From a virus: 64,000 nt of DNA. The notes under the pieces are model-generated. The model did not search any database, had not been told where the DNA came from, and worked only from the letters and a program-made list of their open reading frames with translations. Positions 9,308 through 19,221 of the stretch are shown piece by piece; position 1 is the stretch's first letter, and each line of letters begins with the position of its first letter. Made by a program: the position numbers and the translations under genes. The DNA is taken from positions 32,001 through 96,000 of IMG/VR virus record IMGVR_UViG_3300023235_000012, one strand, 5' to 3'.

Positions 9308-9486
9308 GTTCCTATTTCTTCTTTCTCAAAGTTCATAATTGCTAGTTTCATCTGAAGAGTGTCTTCGACGCCATCGTCATCAACTTCAAGTGACCATTTT
9401 TCGATGATTTCGAGTGGATCCCATCCTCGCTTTTTTAGCAGGCGCATCGCTTGAATCGTTTTATAATAGCTCTGATTTTCTGCCAT
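9304..9486 (-). CDS. hypothetical protein
   Basis: SD AGGAG and upstream promoter. Confidence 0.6.
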   Translation of the reverse strand: MAENQSYYKTIQAMRLLKKRGWDPLEIIEKWSLEVDDDGVEDTLQMKLAIMNFEKEEIGT

Positions 9487-9537
9487 TTCTATTCTCCTTA
9501 ACTTATAATATAAAGTAGAACAAGGAGATTGTCAATA

Positions 9538-10008
9538 TTATTGAACAAGCCCCATCAAATAGCCTTCACCTTTAACTAACGAGATAGATTCTTTTCTGTT
9601 GATTTTGGGAGAGACATAAGAGCAATGAACCCATCCTGCGGTTGGGACTCCTCGTTGCGCAAATTCAAGGATGAGCTGATCGAAGTCTAAATAGTTTTCT
9701 ATAAAACTAGCAAGATCAAAATTTGAAATCCCTGGGATTTCAAAATCTACTGCCTCACCCTTGGCGTGTTGACTAGTATCTTTTGAACCAATTTTTCTGT
9801 TAAGTTCTAAACAACGGAAACCAGAATTAGGCGAGAATGGAATCCCAAAATGATCCCGACATGGCTGAAGAATATTAATAGCAATTAATTTGAGTTTTTG
9901 GATGATGAGTTTATCAGTTGGCCAGTTGTCAATTCCGTGACGATCAGCGGTGCTTGACTTAACCATTTCGGCTAGAGTAAAATTAGAAGATAGGCGAATA
10001 TTTTCCAT
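9538..10008 (-). CDS. peptidase M15A (D-Ala-D-Ala carboxypeptidase-like), candidate endolysin
   Basis: SGFRC..LN...G....SQH..GEAVD...WVHCS. Confidence 0.85.
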   Translation of the reverse strand: MENIRLSSNFTLAEMVKSSTADRHGIDNWPTDKLIIQKLKLIAINILQPCRDHFGIPFSPNSGFRCLELNRKIGSKDTSQHAKGEAVDFEIPGISNFDLASFIENYLDFDQLILEFAQRGVPTAGWVHCSYVSPKINRKESISLVKGEGYLMGLVQ

Positions 10009-10023
10009 TGTATCCTCGTTTGG

Positions 10024-12498
10024 TTATTTTGCTAAAGCAGAGACTCTGCTAAGAATAGGTAAATCATTGTGGTTGTTCTGGCTTACCGTTACATCTGATT
10101 CAGTTTTTAATGCAATATCGGCCATCGCCAAGAAGATATAATCACCACCATTGCGGTTTATCTGATCATCAGCTGTTCTAATTTTGAAACCATTGAAGAG
10201 AAAATCTATTTCTTCACTTCCAGTAGTCTCAGCGGTGTTGATTTCAGCTAGTAGCTGATCGTCCATCTCGTTAAATGTACTTCTAGATGTATCATACATG
10301 AACCAAGATCCAATCACATCCAATCTTTTGATAAGAACAAATCTTGATTTGAAACCCGTATGAGCGTAAGCGCCGTCGACCAAACCATTACCAGTATAGC
10401 TTCCTACTTTGCAAACTCCATCAACTGATCGAAAAGCATAGCAGATTATAGGATCCGGTGACCCGTTGGATCTATTATGGGTTCCTAAGGTGATAACACT
10501 GGCATCTGCATCAATATCATTGAAAAGCTGTGAACTTACATTCGTAATGGCGCTAGTGGTAGGAGTCAAATAATTAGTTCCGCCATAAATCAAGGTTTCT
10601 TGTGCAGTCCAATCTTCTACATCACTTAAATTCTTGAACATCATAAATTGTGGTACACCCTGAAGACCATGACCTATAGTCGCACCGCCTGTTCCATTAC
10701 CCGTATAACTGATAATACTGAAATGACCAGGTTCAGCTACGCTAACGGTGCTAGTGATAGAGCCCGAAGAGTTGGTAACTCCTGTTCCGCCACCTGCTAA
10801 CCAATTCCAAGAAACATAATCTTCTAAATTAGTGTTTACTTTGACATCGGCACCTAAAGAAAAACCATCACTGTCAAATGACGTGATCGTATCAGCGTCT
10901 GTTGCTTCGGCTATCGTGGTATCGATACTGATTATTTCTCCGGCTCCTCTTATAGAATCGGTTAGAACATGACTGTCGGCGGCTGTGCGATTTTTGATCC
11001 AAATCAAATCGGGTTGAAAACCCAAACCAGTGATGCTTTTTGTTGAACCGTTTCCTTCATAAGTGCTAGCTTGAAAATAATCATTAGCAAGATATGCTGC
11101 TTTCGGAATACTTGAGATTTTTAAAATTTTCTCATTACTTGGAGCAGTTGCACCAAAATCCCAATCTTGAATTGAAGATCCACTACCATCAGCATATCCA
11201 CTTGCAAAGGTTACCGCCACCGTATTATCAAAGCTAATAGGTCCCTGGCTACTGCCATTCTTCCAGAAGGTCACTTCACCATTATCAGTATCTATTTTAA
11301 TACCGATAAGAGTAAGTGTTCCATAGCTTTCACCATATGTTGTACCAGTCCCATTAATATATTTTTTTCCATTTAAGGAATATCCGATAGAAACTAAACC
11401 TGTCGCTGCATCTCCTGGATAACGAGTGATGGTGCTTCTATAATAGAAACCTTCTCCAACGATTCCAACCATTGCTCCAGATACATTAGTCGTCATTGTT
11501 ACTTCGGCATAATAACTTCCAGAATTTGGAGGAGCAAAAATTGAAGCTTGAGCACATCCTTGCCGTGAACTGCGCCATCGCAATGCACCGTCCGAAATCG
11601 TACCGTCATTAGTCAATATATTGAGAACTGTTTTTTGATTTGACGGAGTGTCGTCTGTTCCATTAGTAGCATGATCCATTATGGTTGGAGTAAATCCATT
11701 CCCATTTCCACTTGCATCAGTTCCGTCACCTATTCCATCTGTCAAACAGAACGCATTGCCACCTAAAGAAGTAGCTAAGGCCGTTATTTCTTCATCTGAC
11801 CGTGGAGTCCATTCTTGTCTTCCGGAGCCTACTGTTCTAAAAATTCCGAAATCAGTCACAGCGTGATCACTATTCTGAATTGACACCTGCGGTAATCCTA
11901 AAACCTGAGAGATGTATATCGCTCCAAAAGCTGAAGCACTATCTTTTCCGATGCGGATTTTATTGACTGTATTGAACCAAGATGGGTTCGCTGTAATCGC
12001 TACGTCTGTTCCCCAAGTTATTTCTAAACCATTAACATAAACAGAAAGATCAGGAGATCCACCTTGTTCTACACTTACAACGAAATGATACCAACCAGTA
12101 TCTCTAAAGACTTGATCACTGACATGGGCATTATTATTTAGATTGACTCGTAGCTTATCATCGGCATCAAATCTAATAATTTCTTCATTGCCACTGACAT
12201 CAGTGCAGATAATTGGAGAAGTTCCTGCAGCCGAAATTTCTGTTCTTTTTACCCAAAATGAAAGGATAAATCTGACGCTTTCTTCATCGACGCCAAAAAG
12301 ACTAGTCTGCTCTAACATCTCATCAGTTCCGTTAAACCAGGCCGATTGATTAATCTCACCCTGGTTTAACGTATTCCATACTCCAGCTTCTTGATATTGC
12401 TGAACCCTGGACAAACCCCAAGGTCTTGCGAAATTTCCACTAACTTGATCCTGGAGTTCTTTAGCCTGAGAAGCTGTCAATACTGTCTTTTGTGTCAT
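10024..12498 (-). CDS. tail fibre/receptor-binding protein (LamG-like, SPRY-like and FQPDLIWIKNR-type beta domains)
   Basis: SFWVKR/WYHFVV LamG, YYAEV/GIKIDTD SPRY, GFQPDLIWIKNR; paralogue of 15196-18615. Confidence 0.75.
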   Translation of the reverse strand: MTQKTVLTASQAKELQDQVSGNFARPWGLSRVQQYQEAGVWNTLNQGEINQSAWFNGTDEMLEQTSLFGVDEESVRFILSFWVKRTEISAAGTSPIICTDVSGNEEIIRFDADDKLRVNLNNNAHVSDQVFRDTGWYHFVVSVEQGGSPDLSVYVNGLEITWGTDVAITANPSWFNTVNKIRIGKDSASAFGAIYISQVLGLPQVSIQNSDHAVTDFGIFRTVGSGRQEWTPRSDEEITALATSLGGNAFCLTDGIGDGTDASGNGNGFTPTIMDHATNGTDDTPSNQKTVLNILTNDGTISDGALRWRSSRQGCAQASIFAPPNSGSYYAEVTMTTNVSGAMVGIVGEGFYYRSTITRYPGDAATGLVSIGYSLNGKKYINGTGTTYGESYGTLTLIGIKIDTDNGEVTFWKNGSSQGPISFDNTVAVTFASGYADGSGSSIQDWDFGATAPSNEKILKISSIPKAAYLANDYFQASTYEGNGSTKSITGLGFQPDLIWIKNRTAADSHVLTDSIRGAGEIISIDTTIAEATDADTITSFDSDGFSLGADVKVNTNLEDYVSWNWLAGGGTGVTNSSGSITSTVSVAEPGHFSIISYTGNGTGGATIGHGLQGVPQFMMFKNLSDVEDWTAQETLIYGGTNYLTPTTSAITNVSSQLFNDIDADASVITLGTHNRSNGSPDPIICYAFRSVDGVCKVGSYTGNGLVDGAYAHTGFKSRFVLIKRLDVIGSWFMYDTSRSTFNEMDDQLLAEINTAETTGSEEIDFLFNGFKIRTADDQINRNGGDYIFLAMADIALKTESDVTVSQNNHNDLPILSRVSALAK

Positions 12499-12506
12499 TT
12501 TCTTCC

Positions 12507-13202
12507 TTACTTATTTCGGCCGGAAAGGATTGCGTCTAATCTGTTTGCGTCGCCTGCTTGAACCTGAACAGTATCTCCTGACAGAATTGCCTTCGGCTTT
12601 TCTAGGATTTCAATAGAGCTGTTTGCAGGGATGATCAGAGTTTTGACCCAATCGATTAAAGTTGCGGCAGAGTTGGTTGTCCATGTAACCGTTCCGGTCG
12701 TATCAGAACCAGAATCGTTCACCAATATCAATGATTCTAACATCTGACCGGTCCCAGTTCCAGTGAATAAAGTGGTCAAGGTGGTGTTCGCCAGGCTTAA
12801 GCTGGCATTAAAATGTTCAGTGTCTGCCGCCAATTCAATACCTGAAACAGAAATATCAATGACGCTTGTAACAGAACCTAGTGCTCTGATTTTATCACTG
12901 GTTTCTAGAACCTTTGGTTTTACCAAAAGCTCAATCGTTTCTCCTGCAGCAAGTGGCATTTCATGTGCTAGTTTGTATTCAACCGGTCCAGCACTATTGT
13001 CAGAAAGGGTTACCGTAAAAGTCCTGGAAATAGTGTCAGTGTTCGTGACCTGGATACTATAAACAAGAGTACGAGTAGAAGCTGGTGTGGTATAAACATC
13101 AGCGTTTGATCCCGTAAGAGTAGCCTCTCCTAAATCAGAAACATTCGTATTAAAGTGATCGACTTGGACATCAACCATTGAATTGTGGATTCTTTCTAGC
13201 AT
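12507..13202 (-). CDS. virion structural protein with internal duplication
   Basis: Two copies of I..N...T.T.T...IEL/IL.KPK.L...D; late promoter upstream. Confidence 0.65.
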   Translation of the reverse strand: MLERIHNSMVDVQVDHFNTNVSDLGEATLTGSNADVYTTPASTRTLVYSIQVTNTDTISRTFTVTLSDNSAGPVEYKLAHEMPLAAGETIELLVKPKVLETSDKIRALGSVTSVIDISVSGIELAADTEHFNASLSLANTTLTTLFTGTGTGQMLESLILVNDSGSDTTGTVTWTTNSAATLIDWVKTLIIPANSSIEILEKPKAILSGDTVQVQAGDANRLDAILSGRNK

Positions 13203-13280
13203 TTTCTTCCCTCTTGGAGTTAGACACCATTCGTATTAATAGTTCATGTGGTTTCATTCTGTTTTGAAACCTTCTAACCT

Positions 13281-13302
13281 TATTTAGTCGATACAATAAA
13301 TA
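13281..13302. promoter_or_regulatory. back-to-back T4-late-like TAAATA promoters
   Basis: CTAAATA on the minus strand and ATAAATA on the plus strand between divergent structural genes; similar pairs at about 25752-25778 and 54224-54240. Confidence 0.6.
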
Positions 13303-13330
13303 CAGTTAGAATCAAATAATAGGGGACACT

Positions 13331-14290
13331 ATGTCTTATATTGGGATAGCAAAAGAATCATCTTTACATCTTGGAAGAACTGATTTTGGCAGAGATCGGA
13401 CCAGTAATATGGTCATCGATCGCTTCACTTCAGATGGAACAATTGGACCCTACGTCCTATCAGAATTCGTCCCTTTAGGTGATTTCAATTCTACCACGAA
13501 AGAAGATGGGGTCGATGTTTGGGTTGGCGGTGCTTTTCAAGCATCTGACGGTTATTCCATTGACGGATTGAGCCTAACTTTTGATAACGTACCATCGTTT
13601 GGGCTCGATATTGTTGTCAAACATCGATTTGTAAAATTAGCTGAAGGCTCTGTCGCCAAAAGATCAGTAAGTGACGATTCGATTGCCGACGATGCACTGA
13701 CACTCGTAAAGATGAAGAATCAAACGAGCGATGGTCTGTTGGGTTGGGGAGCTGATGGAACGGCCGCATTGATTAATCTTCCAGGAACTACGGACCAGAA
13801 CAAAACAAATATAGCATTGAATAAATTTCGTACCATCAGAAACAACGGACTGACGGTTCAAGGAATGATCGACGGTATCGCAGATGAATTCAATGATGAA
13901 ACCGGCATTGACACTACAACATCAACCAACGAAACTTTCGTGACTGGTTATTACATCAACTCTTCTGGTATTGTTATGAATCTAGCTTCAATCCTCTTTA
14001 CGGCAAATAATCAACCCGAAGAAGCTTATGTTGTCGTCTCACATGAATTTATTGATTCAGGAAACATCAATTCTGACTTTGTCATTGAAGCTTCTAGAGA
14101 CAATGGAACAACTTGGACAACGGCAATTTTAACCGATACTTCGCTTGATGTTGATGGGACTGGGATAAAAACACTGTCTAGTTTTATCGATCTCTCATCT
14201 CAACCAGTCGGAACTTACATGAAGTACCGGATAAAGACGGCGAATAGCGTCGAACAGAAATTTCACGGCGTCAGCCTTCAGTGGAGATAA
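13331..14290 (+). CDS. virion tail-associated structural protein (paralogue 1)
   Basis: DVWVGG..Q N-domain; SRDNG.T.T and HGVSLQWR C-domain. Confidence 0.7.
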   Translation: MSYIGIAKESSLHLGRTDFGRDRTSNMVIDRFTSDGTIGPYVLSEFVPLGDFNSTTKEDGVDVWVGGAFQASDGYSIDGLSLTFDNVPSFGLDIVVKHRFVKLAEGSVAKRSVSDDSIADDALTLVKMKNQTSDGLLGWGADGTAALINLPGTTDQNKTNIALNKFRTIRNNGLTVQGMIDGIADEFNDETGIDTTTSTNETFVTGYYINSSGIVMNLASILFTANNQPEEAYVVVSHEFIDSGNINSDFVIEASRDNGTTWTTAILTDTSLDVDGTGIKTLSSFIDLSSQPVGTYMKYRIKTANSVEQKFHGVSLQWR

Positions 14291-14293
14291 TAT

Positions 14294-15190
14294 ATGCCTT
14301 TAATGGGAAGACAACCAATCAGGAAAAAATTAGACCATGGTGTCACGGTGGTAACTGGTTCTGGCAGTACCGGGCCTTTTACCACACCAAAAACAGGATC
14401 AGATGAATCGTTTGATGTTTGGGTTGGTGGAGCATGGCAATCGCCAGCGGCTTATAGTGTGACTGGTACCAACTTGACAATGTCTGAAGCTGTTCCTACT
14501 GGTATGTCGATAGTTATCAAGACCAGAGAAGGTCGTCAAGGGACTGCTGTACCGAACGTTGGTATGGTTTCTACTTCAATGATACAGGATGGCGCTTTTG
14601 ATCTTTCCAATTTGGCAGATGGCACGGCAGGTTTCGTTGTTCAGTTTGTTGGTGGAAATCCAACCGGCGTTGACCCAATTGCAGAATCTAGAGAAGATCA
14701 ACGACGAATCATGATAAATTCTATGCGGATTGCAGAGAACAGCGGGCAAGCCATCTATGGAATGAAAGACGGTATATCGGATGTTTTCAACGACGCTACT
14801 GGGTATGATGCCGCTGGCTCGACTAATGAGACTTTTTTTGGTTCAGGGATTACAAACACCTCTCTTGCAATGGTCTTACTATCTGAAGTGTTCACTGCTT
14901 CTGTACAACCAGACGAAGCTTACGTCGTCGTTCAACATAAGGCTTTGGCTGCGACCACCATAAATACTGACATCATAGTGGCTGTTTCAAGGGACAATGG
15001 AGTGACTTTCACAAACGCTACGCTAGTAGATGACGGAACGCTAAGCACTGAAGAATCCGACGGGACTCACAAGATTTTTTCAGCCACTGTTGATATTAGT
15101 GGCCAACCAGCCGGAACGTCAATGCTTTACAGAATTACAACCACCACAGTAGATCAAGAGATTCACGGTGTTGGTCTACAATGGAGATAA
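14294..15190 (+). CDS. virion tail-associated structural protein (paralogue 2)
   Basis: Same N- and C-domains, ends HGVGLQWR. Confidence 0.7.
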   Translation: MPLMGRQPIRKKLDHGVTVVTGSGSTGPFTTPKTGSDESFDVWVGGAWQSPAAYSVTGTNLTMSEAVPTGMSIVIKTREGRQGTAVPNVGMVSTSMIQDGAFDLSNLADGTAGFVVQFVGGNPTGVDPIAESREDQRRIMINSMRIAENSGQAIYGMKDGISDVFNDATGYDAAGSTNETFFGSGITNTSLAMVLLSEVFTASVQPDEAYVVVQHKALAATTINTDIIVAVSRDNGVTFTNATLVDDGTLSTEESDGTHKIFSATVDISGQPAGTSMLYRITTTTVDQEIHGVGLQWR

Positions 15191-15195
15191 CATAG

Positions 15196-18100
15196 ATGAC
15201 TTACGTCGGAAACTCAAAGACAGCAGGCTTGGATTTTGGTCAGCTAACATTCTCGGCGACGGGTAATGGGATCTTAGTCGATTTTACGCTTCCAGAAAGC
15301 CCTGGAGCTGATGGAGCAATTGACGTCTGGGTGGGTAACGTCTTCCAGTCTTACGATGCTTATTATACCAACGGGACCATGCTTACCTTCACTGAAGCAC
15401 CAGCAGATGGTGCTCCTATCTATGTAAAATATCGAGGGAAGGGTTTTGGAATTGATGTCAGTTCAGATGTTATCTCCGATGGTGATTTTAAGAAAGGAAT
15501 AACACTCGATAAATTAGCGTCAGGGACAGCTGGCAACGTCATTAGGTATGTTAATGGTGTAGCAACATCGCGACCTGAAGAAGAATTAGCTGATCCAAAC
15601 GATAGAAAAGAAATTTTCTTGAACAGCAAGATGATAGCCGAGAACGCCGGTTTCGCTGTCCATCAAACTGTAGATGGCATTACAGATTCATACACCTTCT
15701 CAGATGGTGTTGTAAATTTAGAGAATTGGGTTTCCTCTGATTATGATAGAGTAAGCCAGTCGGCTTGGTTAGACGGTACGGCTGATAATCGAACGAAAAC
15801 TTACGGTGGTGCTGGTGATCAGACGAAATGGATCATGAGTGCATGGATTCAACGAACTGAATTTAGTATAGATTCTTATTTTTTAACTGCAGACACTACT
15901 AGCCGTTCTATTATTGGTTTTGACAGCAGCAACAGGTTGCATTTTAATAACCATACAGGCGCGGCGGACAGACTTCGTGTTTCTTCTCGAGTGTTTCGAG
16001 ACACCGAATGGCTTCACGTTTTAATCTCTTGGGATACAGACGCCGCCTACGTAGGAGACGCCAAGCTAGAAATTTATGTTAATAATGAAGCTATTACAGC
16101 TTTTGACACTTCAACTGGAGTAATAGGTGATGCCGATACCGGAAAGATTCTAGGTACTGCAATACATCATCTAGGTGGAAATTCTACAGAAACTTTTGCT
16201 GGGTTTATTTCTCAATTCAGTATAATGGATGGAGTATCTTTACAAGCAGGTGATTATTCTACTACTGATTTCGGAGAATCAATCATCGTCGGAAGCAAAA
16301 CGATAGAATGGGTTCCGAAAACAGACGCCAGTGTCGTCGCTGTGGCGACTGCTGCCGGTGGTAATTCAGTCTGCATGACGTCAGCAATTGGAGATGGAAC
16401 TGACGCCAGTACCAATGCTAATAATTTCACTGCTGCTGGTGGAAGTATGGATCACGCAACCAATGGATCAGATAATTCACCGTCAAATACTCTGTCGATT
16501 TTTAATATTATTCATCCTACTGATTCAGGTTTTGCTTATGCAGATAAAATTCGCACAATTACCTCGTCGGGAACTGGAGGATTTGCAGTAACGACTATCC
16601 CGTTCGATGTTGAAAGAAATTTCTATTGTGAATTTGATTGTTCAACTATGAGCGGTTCAAGCGCTAACATGGGAGTTGGCATCATTTCGGTCGATGCGTA
16701 CAACATTGGCGATCTGCCTGCCGTATCAGCTAATGCTTATGGTTATAATACTGACGGAACACTTCGCAACAATAACAGTACTAGTGCTTATGGTAATAGT
16801 TGGATAGCAACTGATGTTATCGGTATTCATGTTTCAGGTGGTACATTGGTGTTCGAGAAGAATGGTGCCGGACAAGGAAATGCTGTCACTGGATTGACTG
16901 GAAAATGGTTCATTGTTCTTTGGGATGATTCAGCTAATACTCTTGCTGGAACGTTCTACTTTGATGTTGTTGAATGGACCCAGGCATCGCCTAGTGGAAC
17001 TTTACCAATTGATACAAAACATGCGACTTCATCTCCAGAAAACCAAGGATTTGGTTGGTTCAATACAGTAACCTATACTGGAACCGGGGCTTCACTTGCA
17101 AACTCTGATGTAGGATTTGAACCTGCATTGGTTTGGATAAAAAATCGAGAGACCGGTACAACAGATAGTCATCAAATTTATGATTTTATCAGAGGATCTC
17201 AACAATCTTTAAGTTCTGATGTTGATGCTATAGAAACAACGGTTGCACAAGGATTAACCAGTTTTGATGTTTCTGGATTCACCGTTGGAACCGATGTTGC
17301 TCACAATACAGTAAGTGAAAATTATGTAGCTTGGTGTTGGAAAGCTGGTGAAACCAGCGAAGCAAATACAGATGGCACAATCAATACGACAATAAGTGTT
17401 GCAAAACCAGGACATTTTAGTATTGTAAGAATGCTTTCGGCTGATGCTACAGGAGCGAACGCAACTCTGGGTCATGGTCTTGGTGGTACACCCGAATTGA
17501 TTATAGGTAAGAGGACTAGTTCTGCAACACAATCTTGGCCAGTCTATTCGGAATATCTTATCGCGGGAGATACACTCTATCTTGACACTAATGCATTAAC
17601 AACGACATCTGCTACTACCTGGAACAGCGGAAGCGGTATTAACAGCACCGTGTTTCCGGTTGGAAGTAGTAATGATACCAATAATTCTAGTTCTGATTAT
17701 GTTTTCTATTGCTTCCGATCTGTTGATGGAGTTTGTAAAGTAGGAAGCTATACTGGTAATGGTGCTGTTGACGGGCCATTTGTTCATCTTGGATTTAAGC
17801 CACGCTTTATATTAATCAAGCGAACAGACGTCGCTGGTTCTTGGTTCATGTATGATACAGCTAGGAGTATTTTCAACGAAATAGATGATCAGCTTTTAGC
17901 TGAAATCAACACTGCTGAGACCACTGGAAGTGAAGAATTAGATTTCCTTGGAACTGGTTTCAAAATCAGAGCAGTTGACGCTCAGATAAATGCTACTGGT
18001 GGTGATTATATCTATCTAGCAATGGCTGATTTTGCTGAACAGAAAGATAGACATTTGATCGAGTCTGGAAGTGAAATGACGTTGATTTCGATGGCTCAGA

Positions 18101-18615
18101 CAGCGTCGAGCCAACCAAACAAAGGGTGGATGGTTATTGAACATGAAGCGATTGATTCAGTGATTGTCAACACCGACGTCAAAGCTTGGATGACAAGAGA
18201 CGATGGACAGACGGTGACTACCAATTTCGCTGTGAACAGTAAATTTTCACTGTCTTCTCATCCTTTCGTTGCTGGTGATAGGGTCATCTTAACCAGCACC
18301 GGGAACCTTCCTGCTGGGTCGTCCGCAACGACCCTCTACTATATCGTCAACACCGCTGCAAACGATTTTGAACTTAGCTTGACATCGGGCGGTGCGACAA
18401 TCACGCTGACCGGAGATGGGACCGGGACACATGAAGTGGTTCAGTTCGAGCAAGGAACCTTAGAGGAAGCAAACAACGTTTACGATGATTTGAAAATTCT
18501 CTCGGCGTACGTCGATTTCAGTAACCTTCCAATCGGTACTTCTGTTCGTTATCTGGTCGAAACGTTGAATAATAAAGGACAAGCAATTTTATCGGCTTCT
18601 ATGCAATGGGGTTGA
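15196..18615 (+). CDS. tail fibre/receptor-binding protein (paralogue 3 with inserted LamG-SPRY module)
   Basis: Shared N-domain and SMQWG end; internal module homologous to 10024-12498; followed by a chaperone gene. Confidence 0.75.
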   Translation: MTYVGNSKTAGLDFGQLTFSATGNGILVDFTLPESPGADGAIDVWVGNVFQSYDAYYTNGTMLTFTEAPADGAPIYVKYRGKGFGIDVSSDVISDGDFKKGITLDKLASGTAGNVIRYVNGVATSRPEEELADPNDRKEIFLNSKMIAENAGFAVHQTVDGITDSYTFSDGVVNLENWVSSDYDRVSQSAWLDGTADNRTKTYGGAGDQTKWIMSAWIQRTEFSIDSYFLTADTTSRSIIGFDSSNRLHFNNHTGAADRLRVSSRVFRDTEWLHVLISWDTDAAYVGDAKLEIYVNNEAITAFDTSTGVIGDADTGKILGTAIHHLGGNSTETFAGFISQFSIMDGVSLQAGDYSTTDFGESIIVGSKTIEWVPKTDASVVAVATAAGGNSVCMTSAIGDGTDASTNANNFTAAGGSMDHATNGSDNSPSNTLSIFNIIHPTDSGFAYADKIRTITSSGTGGFAVTTIPFDVERNFYCEFDCSTMSGSSANMGVGIISVDAYNIGDLPAVSANAYGYNTDGTLRNNNSTSAYGNSWIATDVIGIHVSGGTLVFEKNGAGQGNAVTGLTGKWFIVLWDDSANTLAGTFYFDVVEWTQASPSGTLPIDTKHATSSPENQGFGWFNTVTYTGTGASLANSDVGFEPALVWIKNRETGTTDSHQIYDFIRGSQQSLSSDVDAIETTVAQGLTSFDVSGFTVGTDVAHNTVSENYVAWCWKAGETSEANTDGTINTTISVAKPGHFSIVRMLSADATGANATLGHGLGGTPELIIGKRTSSATQSWPVYSEYLIAGDTLYLDTNALTTTSATTWNSGSGINSTVFPVGSSNDTNNSSSDYVFYCFRSVDGVCKVGSYTGNGAVDGPFVHLGFKPRFILIKRTDVAGSWFMYDTARSIFNEIDDQLLAEINTAETTGSEELDFLGTGFKIRAVDAQINATGGDYIYLAMADFAEQKDRHLIESGSEMTLISMAQTASSQPNKGWMVIEHEAIDSVIVNTDVKAWMTRDDGQTVTTNFAVNSKFSLSSHPFVAGDRVILTSTGNLPAGSSATTLYYIVNTAANDFELSLTSGGATITLTGDGTGTHEVVQFEQGTLEEANNVYDDLKILSAYVDFSNLPIGTSVRYLVETLNNKGQAILSASMQWG

Positions 18616-18651
18616 TAACTAAATATACAAAAGAACTTGAGGAGAACAACC

Positions 18652-18903
18652 ATGGCAGTTACAAGACTTCGCCCTGTTGAAACACTGGCACAGAAGAAAG
18701 CGGAAAGAAACCGTCGTCTATTGGAATGCGACTGGACTCAGTTACCAGATTCTCCACTATTAAAGAAAGATCAGGACGCGTGGAAGAAGTACAGAAAAGA
18801 ACTTCGAGACATAAAATTTGATGGTACTTGGCCGGTAACCCCAGATCAGAAGAAGGCGTCTCCTCCTGCTAGAAAAAAACCTACTCGCAAAAAGAAAGAC
18901 TAA
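18652..18903 (+). CDS. tail fibre assembly chaperone
   Basis: RNRRLLECDWTQLPDSPL...W..YR..LRDI; SD GAGGAG before ATG 18652. Confidence 0.8.
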   Translation: MAVTRLRPVETLAQKKAERNRRLLECDWTQLPDSPLLKKDQDAWKKYRKELRDIKFDGTWPVTPDQKKASPPARKKPTRKKKD

Positions 18904-19154
18904 GCTTCCAATTCTTCAAAATAGCATTGTAAATGGACGCTGTCGAACTGAGCAAGATATATAAGCTCGGCTACTTTTTGTTCAGCAAATTGAAAAGGAA
19001 GGGTATCCAGCACTGAGAATCCGTTCTGTTTTAGCTGAATTGACATCAATTCAGCTTCCTTTATTTCTTTATGGAAGGCATTCACAAGAATAGCAGTGAC
19101 ATAATCAGCCGATAGATTGTCATGATTTTCTAAAATAACTTGATATAATTTCAT
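18900..19154 (-). CDS. divergent ClpS-like adaptor
   Basis: YQVILEN.D......V...L...F......A......G.......AE.K ClpS pattern; pocket motif altered. Confidence 0.6.
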   Translation of the reverse strand: MKLYQVILENHDNLSADYVTAILVNAFHKEIKEAELMSIQLKQNGFSVLDTLPFQFAEQKVAELIYLAQFDSVHLQCYFEELEA

Positions 19155-19170
19155 GTTCGCCCTCTCTCGA

Positions 19171-19204
19171 AAATAGAAGTGTCAGTTTCCCGACACTTCT
19201 ATTT
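19171..19204 (-). terminator. probable intrinsic terminator after hsp20
   Basis: AAATAGAAGTGTC-loop-GACACTTCTATTT inverted repeat. Confidence 0.65.
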
Positions 19205-19221
19205 ATCTTTTTTCGAAAAGT

